DNA of 64,000 nt from a virus, in the IMG/VR virus record IMGVR_UViG_3300046710_000150, positions 1-64,000 of that record; one strand, written 5' to 3'. The notes under the pieces are model-generated. The model had not been told where the DNA came from. It searched no databases and saw nothing but the letters and a program-made list of their open reading frames with translations. The stretch's first letter is position 1, and the number at the start of each line of letters is the position of its first letter. This document shows, piece by piece, positions 31,979 through 41,098 of the stretch. Made by a program: the position numbers and the translations under genes.

Positions 31979-33379
31979 CTATCGCGCCTTGTAGATCTGG
32001 AAGTTGCCGACGCCCATATAGGCGTTGCCGTTGTTCGCGCTCACGTTGAGCTGGTAGTAGAGGTAGGACCCCGGCGAGCCGACGGTGAAAGTCACCCAGT
32101 CGTTCGCGTTTGCCGAAGCCCAGTTGGTCTGGGTATCGAGCGTCGTCCACGTCGTCCCGTCGTTGGATCCCTCGAACGTCCACGTCTTCGGAGTGCGACC
32201 GGGATAGCTGTCCACCCACCATGGACGAATGGCGTAGGCCAGCGCCGTGATCGCAGAGGGGAACTGGTAGCGGAGCCAGCCTGTCTGGGATCCGTTCGTG
32301 ATCCAACCGTGCCCACCGTTGCCGTCGTTGGGGTTTGATCCCGTGAAAGCGGTCCATGGGGGGGTCGAGCCGTAGCTCGACGAAGCCGAGCACACTCCTG
32401 ACGGAGCCGTGTTCGAGGTCATCACCGGGATGGCATCTACGTACGCCATGCCAGAGAACCGGATCCAGTCGAAGTACGCCTCTAGCGCGACGGAGTTGTT
32501 CTCGGAGGTCGCGAGGAGCCCCACGTTGCCGAAAGCGAAGCCGGGGAGAATGTTCTGGACCGCGTACCAGACGAGTCCATTGAGGGATGCCTGCGTGACG
32601 ACGGAATATGGGGAAACGACGACCAACCGGATGTAGTACGGACGAATGGAGACGTACTGCGTGATGTCGCCATACCAAGCAGCACGACTCGTCCGGTTGG
32701 TCCAGAGGCCCGAACCGACGTTGTTGTAGCCCGACCAGTACATGTTTCCGAACTCGAAAAGCTTCCCGGGGGAAGCCTCAAGGAGCATAAGGCCGTACCG
32801 ATGGTAGTTGGCAGTCAACGCAGCGGCGGTGATGCGCGTTGTCACCGTGAACGGCGGGGTCGGAGCCGCCTTGTAGATCCCGAACACCGTCCACGCAGGC
32901 GTAGAGGAGACCCGCAGGTGGTAGTGGCTCGGGGTTACGTTGGCATCGCTGATGTCGAGCGTCCCCAGCGCGGACCAACCACTCAGTGCAGCATCGAACT
33001 CGTCGTCATAGGCCGAGGGGGAGACGGGAGCCCGGTCGGCGGCCCAGAGCCCCGGAATGCGAAGATTGCCGCCACCCGACATCCCCTGAGCGATGTCAGC
33101 CGCACCGCCAACCTGAGCCCACGTTCCCGGTGAACCAGCTCCGGTGCAGAGCCAGACCTTCCCGTCCTGAGCGATCACGAAGTCGTTCACGGCAAAGGTG
33201 CCGGTGATCGGTGCTCCGCTCACCGTGCCACCGACGAAGCGGGCAGGGGTCGTGGCTCCCGTCAGGCCGGTGGGGGCGAAGACATCCGCGAGGTGATCAG
33301 CATTCCAGTTGGTGGCACGCACGAGCGCCGCGTCAGAACCATCGCCCTTGTCGCTCGTGAAGGCGTGCTTGACGGCCAT
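31979..33379 (-). CDS. fibre / receptor-binding-like protein with C-terminal discoidin (F5/8 type C) domain
   Basis: 466 aa. The N-terminal ~310 aa are paralogous to 33380..34297. C-terminus (31982-32428): GWITNGSQTGWLRYQFPSAITALAYAIRPW...TPKTWTFEGSNDGTTWTTLDTQ...YYQLNVSANNG. Confidence 0.7.
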   Translation of the reverse strand: MAVKHAFTSDKGDGSDAALVRATNWNADHLADVFAPTGLTGATTPARFVGGTVSGAPITGTFAVNDFVIAQDGKVWLCTGAGSPGTWAQVGGAADIAQGMSGGGNLRIPGLWAADRAPVSPSAYDDEFDAALSGWSALGTLDISDANVTPSHYHLRVSSTPAWTVFGIYKAAPTPPFTVTTRITAAALTANYHRYGLMLLEASPGKLFEFGNMYWSGYNNVGSGLWTNRTSRAAWYGDITQYVSIRPYYIRLVVVSPYSVVTQASLNGLVWYAVQNILPGFAFGNVGLLATSENNSVALEAYFDWIRFSGMAYVDAIPVMTSNTAPSGVCSASSSYGSTPPWTAFTGSNPNDGNGGHGWITNGSQTGWLRYQFPSAITALAYAIRPWWVDSYPGRTPKTWTFEGSNDGTTWTTLDTQTNWASANANDWVTFTVGSPGSYLYYQLNVSANNGNAYMGVGNFQIYKAR

Positions 33380-34297
33380 CTACGAGAACCTGATCCAGTC
33401 GAAGAACCCGTCCACGGTCCCGCTAAGGTCGTTGGTGCTCCCGGCCAGACCGACGCTCCCGATGGTGAAGCCGGGGTTCTGGGCCGTCCCGAAGTTCAAC
33501 CAGATGAGCCCATCCCGAGAGTACTGGCACTGCACGCTCGTGCTGGACGTGACGATCATTCGGATCCAGCGCATGAGTCCGCCCACATCAGCATCGGCTG
33601 TTGATGCTCGGCTAGTACGACTGTTCCAGACCGAATAGTAGATGTGCGGGCCATTGACCCAGATCGGCCCGGACATGAACAGCTTCCCCGGAGTAGCCTC
33701 TCCGAGCATCAGGCCGTGGAACTGATAGTTGGCCTCGTACCGGCAGTCGGCGATCTTGGCGGTCACGGTGAACGGCATCGACGGACATGCCTTGTAGATC
33801 CCGTCCACGTCCCATGAAGTCACTGCCCGCTTGATGTGGACGTGGCTCGCGACATCCGTGACGTTCAGCACGTCGAGCGTCCCCAGCGTGGTCCAGCCCG
33901 TCAGGGCGTTGAACTCGTCGTCGTAGGCCGAGGGGCTGGCGGGCACGCGGTCGAGGGAGCCGCTGAGACCGGGGACGCGGACGTTGCCAGCACCAGAGGC
34001 AACCTGAACGAGATCCGCTCCGCCGGAGACGGCCACCCACGTACCGGGAGAACCAGCAACGGTGCAGATGTAGATCTTGCCGTCCTGCGAGATCACGAAG
34101 TCGTTGGCGGCGAAGGTGCCTGTCACGGGAGCACCAGCGACGGTGCCGCCCACGAACCTCGCGGGCGTGGTGGCCCCCGTCAGGCCCGAGGGCGCAGCAG
34201 CGTCCAGAACGTGATCGGCGTTCCAGTCGTTTGCCCGAACGAGAGTCGCGTCTGGGCCTTGACTCTTCGCGCTGGTCATCGCGTGCTTGATCGCCAT
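33380..34297 (-). CDS. fibre / receptor-binding-like protein (paralog)
   Basis: ATG at 34297 shares one nt with the upstream stop. MAIKHAMTSAKSQGPDATLVRANDWNADH...LTGATTPARFVGGTVAGAPVTGTF is collinear with the 466-aa protein. Ends ...FFDWIRFS. Confidence 0.75.
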   Translation of the reverse strand: MAIKHAMTSAKSQGPDATLVRANDWNADHVLDAAAPSGLTGATTPARFVGGTVAGAPVTGTFAANDFVISQDGKIYICTVAGSPGTWVAVSGGADLVQVASGAGNVRVPGLSGSLDRVPASPSAYDDEFNALTGWTTLGTLDVLNVTDVASHVHIKRAVTSWDVDGIYKACPSMPFTVTAKIADCRYEANYQFHGLMLGEATPGKLFMSGPIWVNGPHIYYSVWNSRTSRASTADADVGGLMRWIRMIVTSSTSVQCQYSRDGLIWLNFGTAQNPGFTIGSVGLAGSTNDLSGTVDGFFDWIRFS

Positions 34298-35307
34298 CAG
34301 GCTGTCACCTTGACCCCGTACTCCATGGCGTTGATCTCGGAGATCGTCCATGCCGCTGCGGTCGCGGGGCTCAGCTCCTTGACTTCACGAGTGAAAACGT
34401 AGGAGGTCCCGAGGCTCGTGTCACTGCCGACATAGTCAGCCCCACCGATCCTCGCGACGGGTGCCGTCTTCCTCGTCCCCGCGTTGTCCTTGCGGGCATA
34501 CCCGAGGTACTGGACTCCGTAGATCAGGCCAGTCGCGGCGACGAGATCCGCCATCGCGTAGGTGTCGACCTGACCCACCGTGTTGGACTTGTTGTAGTCC
34601 GTGTCTCCGTTGGCTGGGGTCTCATCGACGTTCTGATAGTTGGCTCCAGAGACGGGCGTCCACTGTGTCTCGGCACCAGCACCGGAGGGGTACAGACACT
34701 CTACCCGGCAGTCGCCCAAGAAGGTCCCGTCCGACTTGGCGTAAACGTCATCAAAATACATCTGAGCTGCATTGTTTCGGAACTGGAACGAGTCGGCGAT
34801 GCCAGTTCCGGCGTTCCGGGTGTCCAAACCAGAACCACTGATAGACGTGTTCCCGTTGACGCGCAACTCGAATGATCCGCCACTGTCGGCGATACTGAAC
34901 GAGAACTCGATGTAATACCAGTATCCGGGGATCAGGCTGATGGTCCCAGTTCCAAGCAGCGTCCCGTTCCCTCGGTACACGGACAGAAAGCCGGGAGCCG
35001 ACCAGTTCAGGTAAAGCTGGGCAATGACACCATCCCAGAGAACCAAAACCCCTCCCCAAGTGCTCTGGGTGGCCCCGTTGTCGTACTTGAAAGCGAAGCC
35101 AATGCACCCGGTAGATCCGATAGAGAGATATTGGCGCAGTAGGGAAGGACGAGACTCCCACCCGCTGCCAGAAGTGAGTAGAGTCGCACCTCCTGCGAAC
35201 CTACCCACAGCACTGATGGTGGGGATGTAGAACGAGCCAGAGGTGTCCCATCCCTTGTCGGCCGGAGCCGTGTAGTGATCAAAGCTGTCCATGAACAGGA
35301 GCGCCAC
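34297..35307 (-). CDS. LamG/concanavalin-like jelly-roll structural protein
   Basis: 336 aa. MALLFMDSFDHYT... and ...GYWYYIEFSFSIADSGGSFELRVNG... fit a lectin/LamG-type beta-sandwich. Assignment is tentative. Confidence 0.45.
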   Translation of the reverse strand: MALLFMDSFDHYTAPADKGWDTSGSFYIPTISAVGRFAGGATLLTSGSGWESRPSLLRQYLSIGSTGCIGFAFKYDNGATQSTWGGVLVLWDGVIAQLYLNWSAPGFLSVYRGNGTLLGTGTISLIPGYWYYIEFSFSIADSGGSFELRVNGNTSISGSGLDTRNAGTGIADSFQFRNNAAQMYFDDVYAKSDGTFLGDCRVECLYPSGAGAETQWTPVSGANYQNVDETPANGDTDYNKSNTVGQVDTYAMADLVAATGLIYGVQYLGYARKDNAGTRKTAPVARIGGADYVGSDTSLGTSYVFTREVKELSPATAAAWTISEINAMEYGVKVTA

Positions 35308-35309
35308 GG

Positions 35310-35717
35310 CTATCCTCCGAGCATCCTCGAGGCGACGATGTCCACATCGTCTCCGCCGCAGACCACCCCGTTCGGCAAGAGCCAGAGCCGGGTCATGTCT
35401 CCGTTACGGTGCTTCTTCCCGATGCCGACAGCGACGATCTCGCTGCCCGCCATCAGGTTCCCCACGTGGTGTTTCGTGAAGTATGGCTGATCGCCCTGCT
35501 CCACGATCATGCAGAAGAGGGGGCGGCTCGTTTCCTTGTGGTACAGCACCCACGTCGAGGGTGCCCGCATGAGAGAGAGGTTCGCGGCGATCCATCCCGG
35601 CTGGTCGAGGTCGATCCCGGTGTTGCCGTTGGAGCGGTCGTCTGGCTCGATGACGAGGAAGAAGGGGAAGTCCCCGTGCCACTGGCTGGCGACGGCCTCT
35701 TCGGTGACTACTTCCAT
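35310..35717 (-). CDS. hypothetical protein
   Basis: 135-aa ORF with high GC3. Overlaps the upstream gene by 10 nt. Confidence 0.6.
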   Translation of the reverse strand: MEVVTEEAVASQWHGDFPFFLVIEPDDRSNGNTGIDLDQPGWIAANLSLMRAPSTWVLYHKETSRPLFCMIVEQGDQPYFTKHHVGNLMAGSEIVAVGIGKKHRNGDMTRLWLLPNGVVCGGDDVDIVASRMLGG

Positions 35718-36571
35718 CCGACCTTCTCCATCGCCTCTTCGCGGGTCATGACGGTCTCGCCGATCTCCTCGAGAACGGCTTCGCGGAACGCGCTGGCGGC
35801 AGGGTCTCGGAAGACGATCTCCCGCAGGAAGGTGCCCTCGGTGATGATCTGCTCACCGACGTGACCGACCTTGACGGACGTGTCCACGAAGATCTTGCTG
35901 CCGGATGCCTTGGCCTCGCGGCAGAACAGGAAGTCCTCGCCGTACTCCTCCTCCCAGCGGAAGAAGGGAGCTGGGCGCTGGCCCTTGCGGTCCTTGAACT
36001 CGGGGAACGTGCCCGCCCCGTTGGCGGTCAGGATCCGGCCGAAGACGCGCTTGTGGATCAGGCAGAAGGCCATCCCCGTCGCGTCCACCTCGACCGCCGC
36101 ATCCGCAGGCCACCGCTCGAGGAAGGTGTACCCGTGGTTGTCGTCGGCCGCCGTCTTGTACATGGTGGGCTGGTAGGGGTCGCCTCTCTGGAAGCACAGA
36201 CCGCCGACCATGTCGAGATCGAACTTCTCGCGAGTCTCGACGAGGACGCGGGTGGCCTCGGGCTGCCAGACCATGTCGGAGTCGATGAAGAGGATCCAGT
36301 CCCCCTCCATCTCGTTGATGCACTGGTTGCGCTGGAACGTGAGGATGTTCCCCACGATGATGAACCGCTTGATGTACTGCCCGGGCCGCAGGTAGGTCCG
36401 GTCGTCCATCATCAGGCTCACGGCGGTCGCTGCAGCCAGCGTACCGCGAGTGACCATGGCGACGGTGCCCACGCACTCCTGCGCGTACGCAGGGTTCTCG
36501 TGGACCTCGAGGATCTCCATGTCCAGACCGTTGATCCCGGCCCCTTTCGGGACCTTAGGCTTCGCGACCAT
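35708..36571 (-). CDS. glycosyltransferase, GT-A fold (GT2-like)
   Basis: 287 aa. ...GDWILFIDSDMVWQPE... is a DxD-type motif in a GT-A context. Confidence 0.7.
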   Translation of the reverse strand: MVAKPKVPKGAGINGLDMEILEVHENPAYAQECVGTVAMVTRGTLAAATAVSLMMDDRTYLRPGQYIKRFIIVGNILTFQRNQCINEMEGDWILFIDSDMVWQPEATRVLVETREKFDLDMVGGLCFQRGDPYQPTMYKTAADDNHGYTFLERWPADAAVEVDATGMAFCLIHKRVFGRILTANGAGTFPEFKDRKGQRPAPFFRWEEEYGEDFLFCREAKASGSKIFVDTSVKVGHVGEQIITEGTFLREIVFRDPAASAFREAVLEEIGETVMTREEAMEKVGWK

Positions 36572-36574
36572 CGG

Positions 36575-36913
36575 TCAGGCGACGACGATGGTGGCCGCGT
36601 CGAGGACGGCGATCTCGTTGGTGGGATCCGTCACGTTGTAGAGCTGCACGGTGTAGCTCCCGGCGGACGGGAAGATGTAGCTGTTGAACTCGAACGCGCC
36701 GTCCGGGGTCGTCCCGAACACCTGCGTCCGCCCGACCTCGACCCCGCCGACCTTGAAGGTCATGGCAAAGCGGTTCTCGGGATCCGCCGGGTACTTCGCG
36801 GCGTCGTGCGACCCGGTGTCGTTGGGCGACGTGCCCGCGATGGCGAAGGTGCAGACCGTCTTCTTGGCGGTGATGCTCCCACTGGCGGGGGTGACTGTGA
36901 TCGCTGCGGCCAT
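36575..36913 (-). CDS. Ig-like / beta-sandwich protein
   Basis: 112 aa. AAITVTPASGSITAKKTVCTFAIAG...GSYTVQLYNVTDPTNEIAVLDAATIVVA. Confidence 0.5.
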   Translation of the reverse strand: MAAAITVTPASGSITAKKTVCTFAIAGTSPNDTGSHDAAKYPADPENRFAMTFKVGGVEVGRTQVFGTTPDGAFEFNSYIFPSAGSYTVQLYNVTDPTNEIAVLDAATIVVA

Positions 36914-37743
36914 TAGATTGCCTCCACTGTCACGTCTACGAGCTGATGCTCGTAGGGTACGACGACTTCATCGCGGAACATCTGCTCCTTACGATCAGCG
37001 AACCTCCAGAGCGGGCACTTCGAGCACCTCGAGAACACGACACCGTTGAACACATCCGGCTCCCAGTCGTGCTCGCCCACGCATGTGTTGGTGGGCCCCT
37101 GCGCCCTGTGCGGTGACTGCAGGGGGTGCCACGCGAACGGTGGCTCCTCGATCAGGATCATGGGCCCGCACATCCTCTTTGCGAGGTTCTGGTCTTCGCT
37201 GCCGTGACGGCCGAGGAAGAGCATGTCGAAGCCCTGATGCTTCAGGAGCGTCTCTCTCTCGGCGGCGAAGCAGCCCGCGTAGCCGCTCTGGTAGGTGTGG
37301 AAGCGGTTGGCCTCGTGCTCCCTCGAGCGCCCGATGGAGGGATCCGCATCGAGCAGATCCGCCGGGTCGTTGAGGTCGAAGTCGACGAAGCGATGGTGGC
37401 CCCAGACCCACGGCTCGTTCTCGAGGAGCGCCTCGAAATCCCGCACCATGTGACGGGGAGCGAGCTGGTCGTCGTCCTGAAAGATGATGACGTCGGCGTC
37501 TGACTCCCAGATCCCGATGTTCCTCCGCAGAGCCACGTCCCTGTAGCCGTACGGGTAGTCCTCGCTGGTGAAGCCCAGCCTCCGAACAGGGATCGGGTAG
37601 TGGTATCTCTGCCCAGACGCCATCTCCCACCAGCGCCAGTTGCCAACCACGGTGACCTGATCCGGTGGTCGTGACTGCTGGGTGAGGGACCACAGGAGCC
37701 GCGAAGGGTTCCCGACACTCGGGATGACGACGTCGATCTTCAT
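36913..37743 (-). CDS. glycosyltransferase, GT-A fold (GT2-like)
   Basis: 276 aa. KIDVVIPSVGNPSRLLWSL...DVIIFQDDDQLAP is a GT-A signature. Confidence 0.65.
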   Translation of the reverse strand: MKIDVVIPSVGNPSRLLWSLTQQSRPPDQVTVVGNWRWWEMASGQRYHYPIPVRRLGFTSEDYPYGYRDVALRRNIGIWESDADVIIFQDDDQLAPRHMVRDFEALLENEPWVWGHHRFVDFDLNDPADLLDADPSIGRSREHEANRFHTYQSGYAGCFAAERETLLKHQGFDMLFLGRHGSEDQNLAKRMCGPMILIEEPPFAWHPLQSPHRAQGPTNTCVGEHDWEPDVFNGVVFSRCSKCPLWRFADRKEQMFRDEVVVPYEHQLVDVTVEAI

Positions 37744-38327
37744 CCGTGCTCCTGACGCCAGAGCTGCTGATCCGCTCGGATCAACGGCCCCAGCTCATCC
37801 TTCCTGCGCTCCGCCGACGTGCTCTGGTCATGGGAGAGCGGGAGCCCGTTGACTCTCCCCACCTGCAGGCCCTCCGCCCTGACCTCGGACTCGAACTGGT
37901 CATCCCCGAACCACCAGTTGTAGCGTTCGTCGAAGGGGATCATTAGCCCCCTCCTGAACATGAAGCAGAACCCGGTCATGCCCCCTACGCGGGCCGAGCC
38001 CTCGGTGAGTTGGATCTGGATCTTCTCCGGCAGCCCTCCCTCAAGAGGTGCGTGCTGGTCTGGGTAGACCACCCCAATCTTGGGCTGGGCTTCGAGGATC
38101 TTCGCCATCAGGGGGAGCGTCCCCGGCAGGATCTTGATGTCGTCGTTCAGGATGGCGATGTAGTCGCCCTCCGCCATCTCGACCCCCGCGTTCCACATGC
38201 GGTAGATCTTGTGGTCGTACTGGCCCGACTCCAGCAGGTTGACCTCCACTCCATCGTGCTCGAGCACCGCCAGCAGCATAGCGAGCTGCGGCGGGTGGTA
38301 CAGGGTCGGGATGACGGCCGAGATCAT
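37740..38327 (-). CDS. glycosyltransferase, GT-A fold (GT2-like)
   Basis: 195 aa. ISAVIPTLYHP...DYIAILNDDIKILPG. Confidence 0.7.
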   Translation of the reverse strand: MISAVIPTLYHPPQLAMLLAVLEHDGVEVNLLESGQYDHKIYRMWNAGVEMAEGDYIAILNDDIKILPGTLPLMAKILEAQPKIGVVYPDQHAPLEGGLPEKIQIQLTEGSARVGGMTGFCFMFRRGLMIPFDERYNWWFGDDQFESEVRAEGLQVGRVNGLPLSHDQSTSAERRKDELGPLIRADQQLWRQEHG

Positions 38328-39100
38328 GCCTGCGTGATCCGAATGAAGGTCTCGAGCTGCTTGCGGAACAGTTCCTTCAGGGTCTGCTGCGCCTTGAGGA
38401 AGACCGCGCTGTCGAATGGAGGCGGGATCTCACCCCATCCCAGACCGGCCCAGCCGACCCACTGGTCGTACTGCTCCCACGTGTACTCCCCGTTCGGAAC
38501 GAGGTAGACCGGGCATCCACAGAGGCGGGCGATGTCGATCATCCCCGTCACGTTGTCGAAGCAGTACATGAGCACGGACCTGTTCAGGAGGTCCGCCAGC
38601 CCCTCGCGGTTCGCCTTGATCTCGTTCGTTATCTCCACCGAGCCCGGGAGGTCGAACGCCTTGCTCCCCTTGCCGACGTAGAACGCCACCCTGTCGCGGA
38701 TCAGGTGCCGGTCGAAGTAGATGTCCGTCTCGATGGTGGGCAGGCACAGGAGCCGCTCCGGTCCCACGTGCATGTCGTTGAACAGCTCCGAGAACGTGAA
38801 CACGATCTCAGACGGGTCGTAGACCTTGTCACCCTGCTGCAGCTTACCGGGGTTGTTCAGGACCCAGCGCACCACCCGGGGTGCCTCCCACGGGTTGCCA
38901 GCGACGATCTCCGGGTAGACCGCGATCCAGTCGTCGCCCTCGAAGGGCTCGTGGTACGGGGTGTTCCACTCGGGGTTGGTCTTCTCGTGGCTGACGTACG
39001 CCTCCTGCCCAGCCTCGTTCAGCTCGTGGCAGAGGCGATGGAGCACCTTGGGTCCACCGGAGTCATGCCGGTAGTCATAGCTCCAGATCAGGTACTTCAC
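38324..39100 (-). CDS. hypothetical protein, possibly glycosyltransferase-related
   Basis: 258-aa ORF embedded among GT genes. No firm motif. Confidence 0.35.
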   Translation of the reverse strand: MKYLIWSYDYRHDSGGPKVLHRLCHELNEAGQEAYVSHEKTNPEWNTPYHEPFEGDDWIAVYPEIVAGNPWEAPRVVRWVLNNPGKLQQGDKVYDPSEIVFTFSELFNDMHVGPERLLCLPTIETDIYFDRHLIRDRVAFYVGKGSKAFDLPGSVEITNEIKANREGLADLLNRSVLMYCFDNVTGMIDIARLCGCPVYLVPNGEYTWEQYDQWVGWAGLGWGEIPPPFDSAVFLKAQQTLKELFRKQLETFIRITQA

Positions 39101-39573
39101 CGCCGCTTCCCGACGAGCTGCGGCCCCCCTCCAACCTGTGGATCGCTCCTCGAGTCGAGGATGTCACACCCCGCCATGTCCATGAGCAGGGGCCACGTGT
39201 CGTCGAGGAAGCGGTAGAAGTCGGGCGGGTTGTGGGGCGGGAAGCCCGTGGTGTGGGTGGTCAGGATGAAGTGACCACCGGGTCGAAGAACGCGCCTGAC
39301 CTCGTCCAGCGAGCGCCAGAAGGTCGGATCGTGTTCCAACTGGGAGGTCGAGACTACGACGTCGAACATGGCATCGGGGAAGATCAGGTTGGAGGCGTCC
39401 ATGACCATGTCGACCCCGGGCCCTGCCTCTCGGTCGATACCGATGTAGTCGCCCTTGAAGAGCTGCCTGACGCTGCCGTTGACGTTGTAGCTGCCGATCT
39501 CGAGCACCTTCTTGTGCCTGAGGTCGAACGTCTTGACTGCCAGCGCGACGTATTCCATCACTGACTGGTGCAT
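39097..39573 (-). CDS. class I SAM-dependent methyltransferase
   Basis: ATG at 39573. KVLEIGSYNVNGSVRQL...IGIDREAGPGVDMVMDASNL...FDVVVSTSQLEHD...LRPGGHFILT. The ORF-track N-terminal 79 aa are shadow sequence. Confidence 0.7.
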   Translation of the reverse strand: MHQSVMEYVALAVKTFDLRHKKVLEIGSYNVNGSVRQLFKGDYIGIDREAGPGVDMVMDASNLIFPDAMFDVVVSTSQLEHDPTFWRSLDEVRRVLRPGGHFILTTHTTGFPPHNPPDFYRFLDDTWPLLMDMAGCDILDSRSDPQVGGGPQLVGKRR

Positions 39574-39588
39574 TGGTCCCTCGAGGGT

Positions 39589-39623
39589 GGGGTGCCGCAG
39601 GGGGGTGGGCGCTGCGGCACCCC
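39589..39623 (-). terminator. strong GC stem-loop (12-bp perfect stem)
   Basis: GGGGTGCCGCAG (39589-600) pairs with CTGCGGCACCCC (39612-23), 11-nt loop. Lies between the TAA at 39630 and the ATG at 39573. No U-tract. Confidence 0.5.
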
Positions 39624-39629
39624 GGAGGA

Positions 39630-39965
39630 TTACGCCTTGACGACGTCGTCGCGCTCGATCTCGAGCGTGGCGCTGGCAAGATCCTTCTTGCCGTCGGTGA
39701 ACGTGACCTTGTAGGTCCCGTAGCCCTGCACCATGAACTGGGCGCGGAGAGGACGTTCCACTCCGCAACGCAGGGTGTCGTTGATCCCCGGTCCTTCGAC
39801 CCGGAACCAACCCTCGTCGACCTTGTCGTGACCGTTGAGGGTCATGTCGACGAAGTCGCCGGGGCGGTAGACCGTCGCGACGGGGCCGATGGTGACGTTG
39901 CCAGTCTTCGCCACCTTCGTCTCGCCCCGATCCTTGAGGGGCTTGACCTCGATGTCATCTGCCAT
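39630..39965 (-). CDS. hypothetical small beta-rich protein
   Basis: 111-aa ORF ending with TAA, followed by a strong hairpin. Confidence 0.6.
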   Translation of the reverse strand: MADDIEVKPLKDRGETKVAKTGNVTIGPVATVYRPGDFVDMTLNGHDKVDEGWFRVEGPGINDTLRCGVERPLRAQFMVQGYGTYKVTFTDGKKDLASATLEIERDDVVKA

Positions 39966-39968
39966 GAG

Positions 39969-40556
39969 CTACTCCTCGTGCTGTGGCGGGAACTCACCGC
40001 CCATCTCGACGATGATGTTCTGGAGGATCTTGATGTACTCAGCCTCACGCCGACGGTGGAGGTGAATATGCTCCGCCACCGTCAGTCTCGTGAGGTTCTC
40101 GCGCCGGTCGTCACTCTCGTCACCATTCCGGTGATGAATGACATGCCCCTTGCCAATGAGTTCGCCCGGATGAGCCTCCCGCCAGACGAACCACGCTCTC
40201 GGGAAGTACCTCTTCCGATCCGGATCCCACAGGTAGACCCGCTTGCCGATGGTCTTCGTGCCACCCTTCCAGTTGGGGGCATCAGGGCCACGCTTGCCCT
40301 TGTTGGGGCTCGCTCGCCCGATCTGGGACTGTCCGATCTTCGGGCCCCATGAATGATGACCGCCCCTCGCGACGGGCGTCGGGTTGGCGGTGTAGGGGCG
40401 GCCCGCGATCCCCGCCGCGATCATCCAGCGTCGAACCGTTTTCTGGCTGACTCCGAACGATGCGGCGAGATCGCGAGTCGATTGGCCTTGCTCGTACAAC
40501 AGCCTGAGATCCGAGGCATCTGGCTGGGGGATCAGGCCCCCTTTTCGACGACCCAT
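39969..40556 (-). CDS. HNH endonuclease with N-terminal HTH
   Basis: STRDLAASFGVSQKTVRRWM (HTH) and GKGHVIHHRNGDESDDRRENLTRLTVAEHIHLH (HNH). Confidence 0.8.
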   Translation of the reverse strand: MGRRKGGLIPQPDASDLRLLYEQGQSTRDLAASFGVSQKTVRRWMIAAGIAGRPYTANPTPVARGGHHSWGPKIGQSQIGRASPNKGKRGPDAPNWKGGTKTIGKRVYLWDPDRKRYFPRAWFVWREAHPGELIGKGHVIHHRNGDESDDRRENLTRLTVAEHIHLHRRREAEYIKILQNIIVEMGGEFPPQHEE

Positions 40557-40603
40557 GCAGCACCTCCTTGGTGCTGCCAGTCTACCAGATATGCCGCCTC
40601 GTA

Positions 40604-41095
40604 TCAGGCTTCATCATAGCTGTAGTTCGCGGTCTGCTGCGTCCAGTTGCCCGGGCCAGCCGTTGCCCCGACCTGAAGCTGCATCACGAGGTACTTGGTG
40701 TAGGCGTTGAGCTGACCGGCCGTGTACTGGGCGTTGTCCCAGATGGCCTTGTTGCCCGACGTGTACGTGGTGGCGTTCGCACTCGCCACCGTGGAGGTCG
40801 CCGTGGTGCCCTGCTGGTACGTCACGAAGGCCCCGGTGAAGTTCAACGTCGTCGACGTGTCGACGGTGGAGTTGAACCACGCCTTGAACGACTGGACGTA
40901 GTTGGCTGGGGTGGCGGTGATCTTGAGGCGGGCCCACTTCTCGTACGAGTTGGTGCCCACCGTGATGGGGTTCGCCTGCCGGTTGGCGAGCGTGTTGAGC
41001 GCGTTGTCGGCGCTGATCATGTCGATGCCGGTCACGGAGTCCGTGACGGTCGGACCTGACGACGTCGAGACGCTCAGGACGATGGTTGCGGCCAC
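40604..41095 (-). CDS. Ser/Thr-rich structural-looking protein
   Basis: 163 aa, immediately after the portal gene. About one third of residues are S/T/N/A, with no charged clusters. Confidence 0.6.
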   Translation of the reverse strand: MAATIVLSVSTSSGPTVTDSVTGIDMISADNALNTLANRQANPITVGTNSYEKWARLKITATPANYVQSFKAWFNSTVDTSTTLNFTGAFVTYQQGTTATSTVASANATTYTSGNKAIWDNAQYTAGQLNAYTKYLVMQLQVGATAGPGNWTQQTANYSYDEA

Positions 41096-41098
41096 TGG

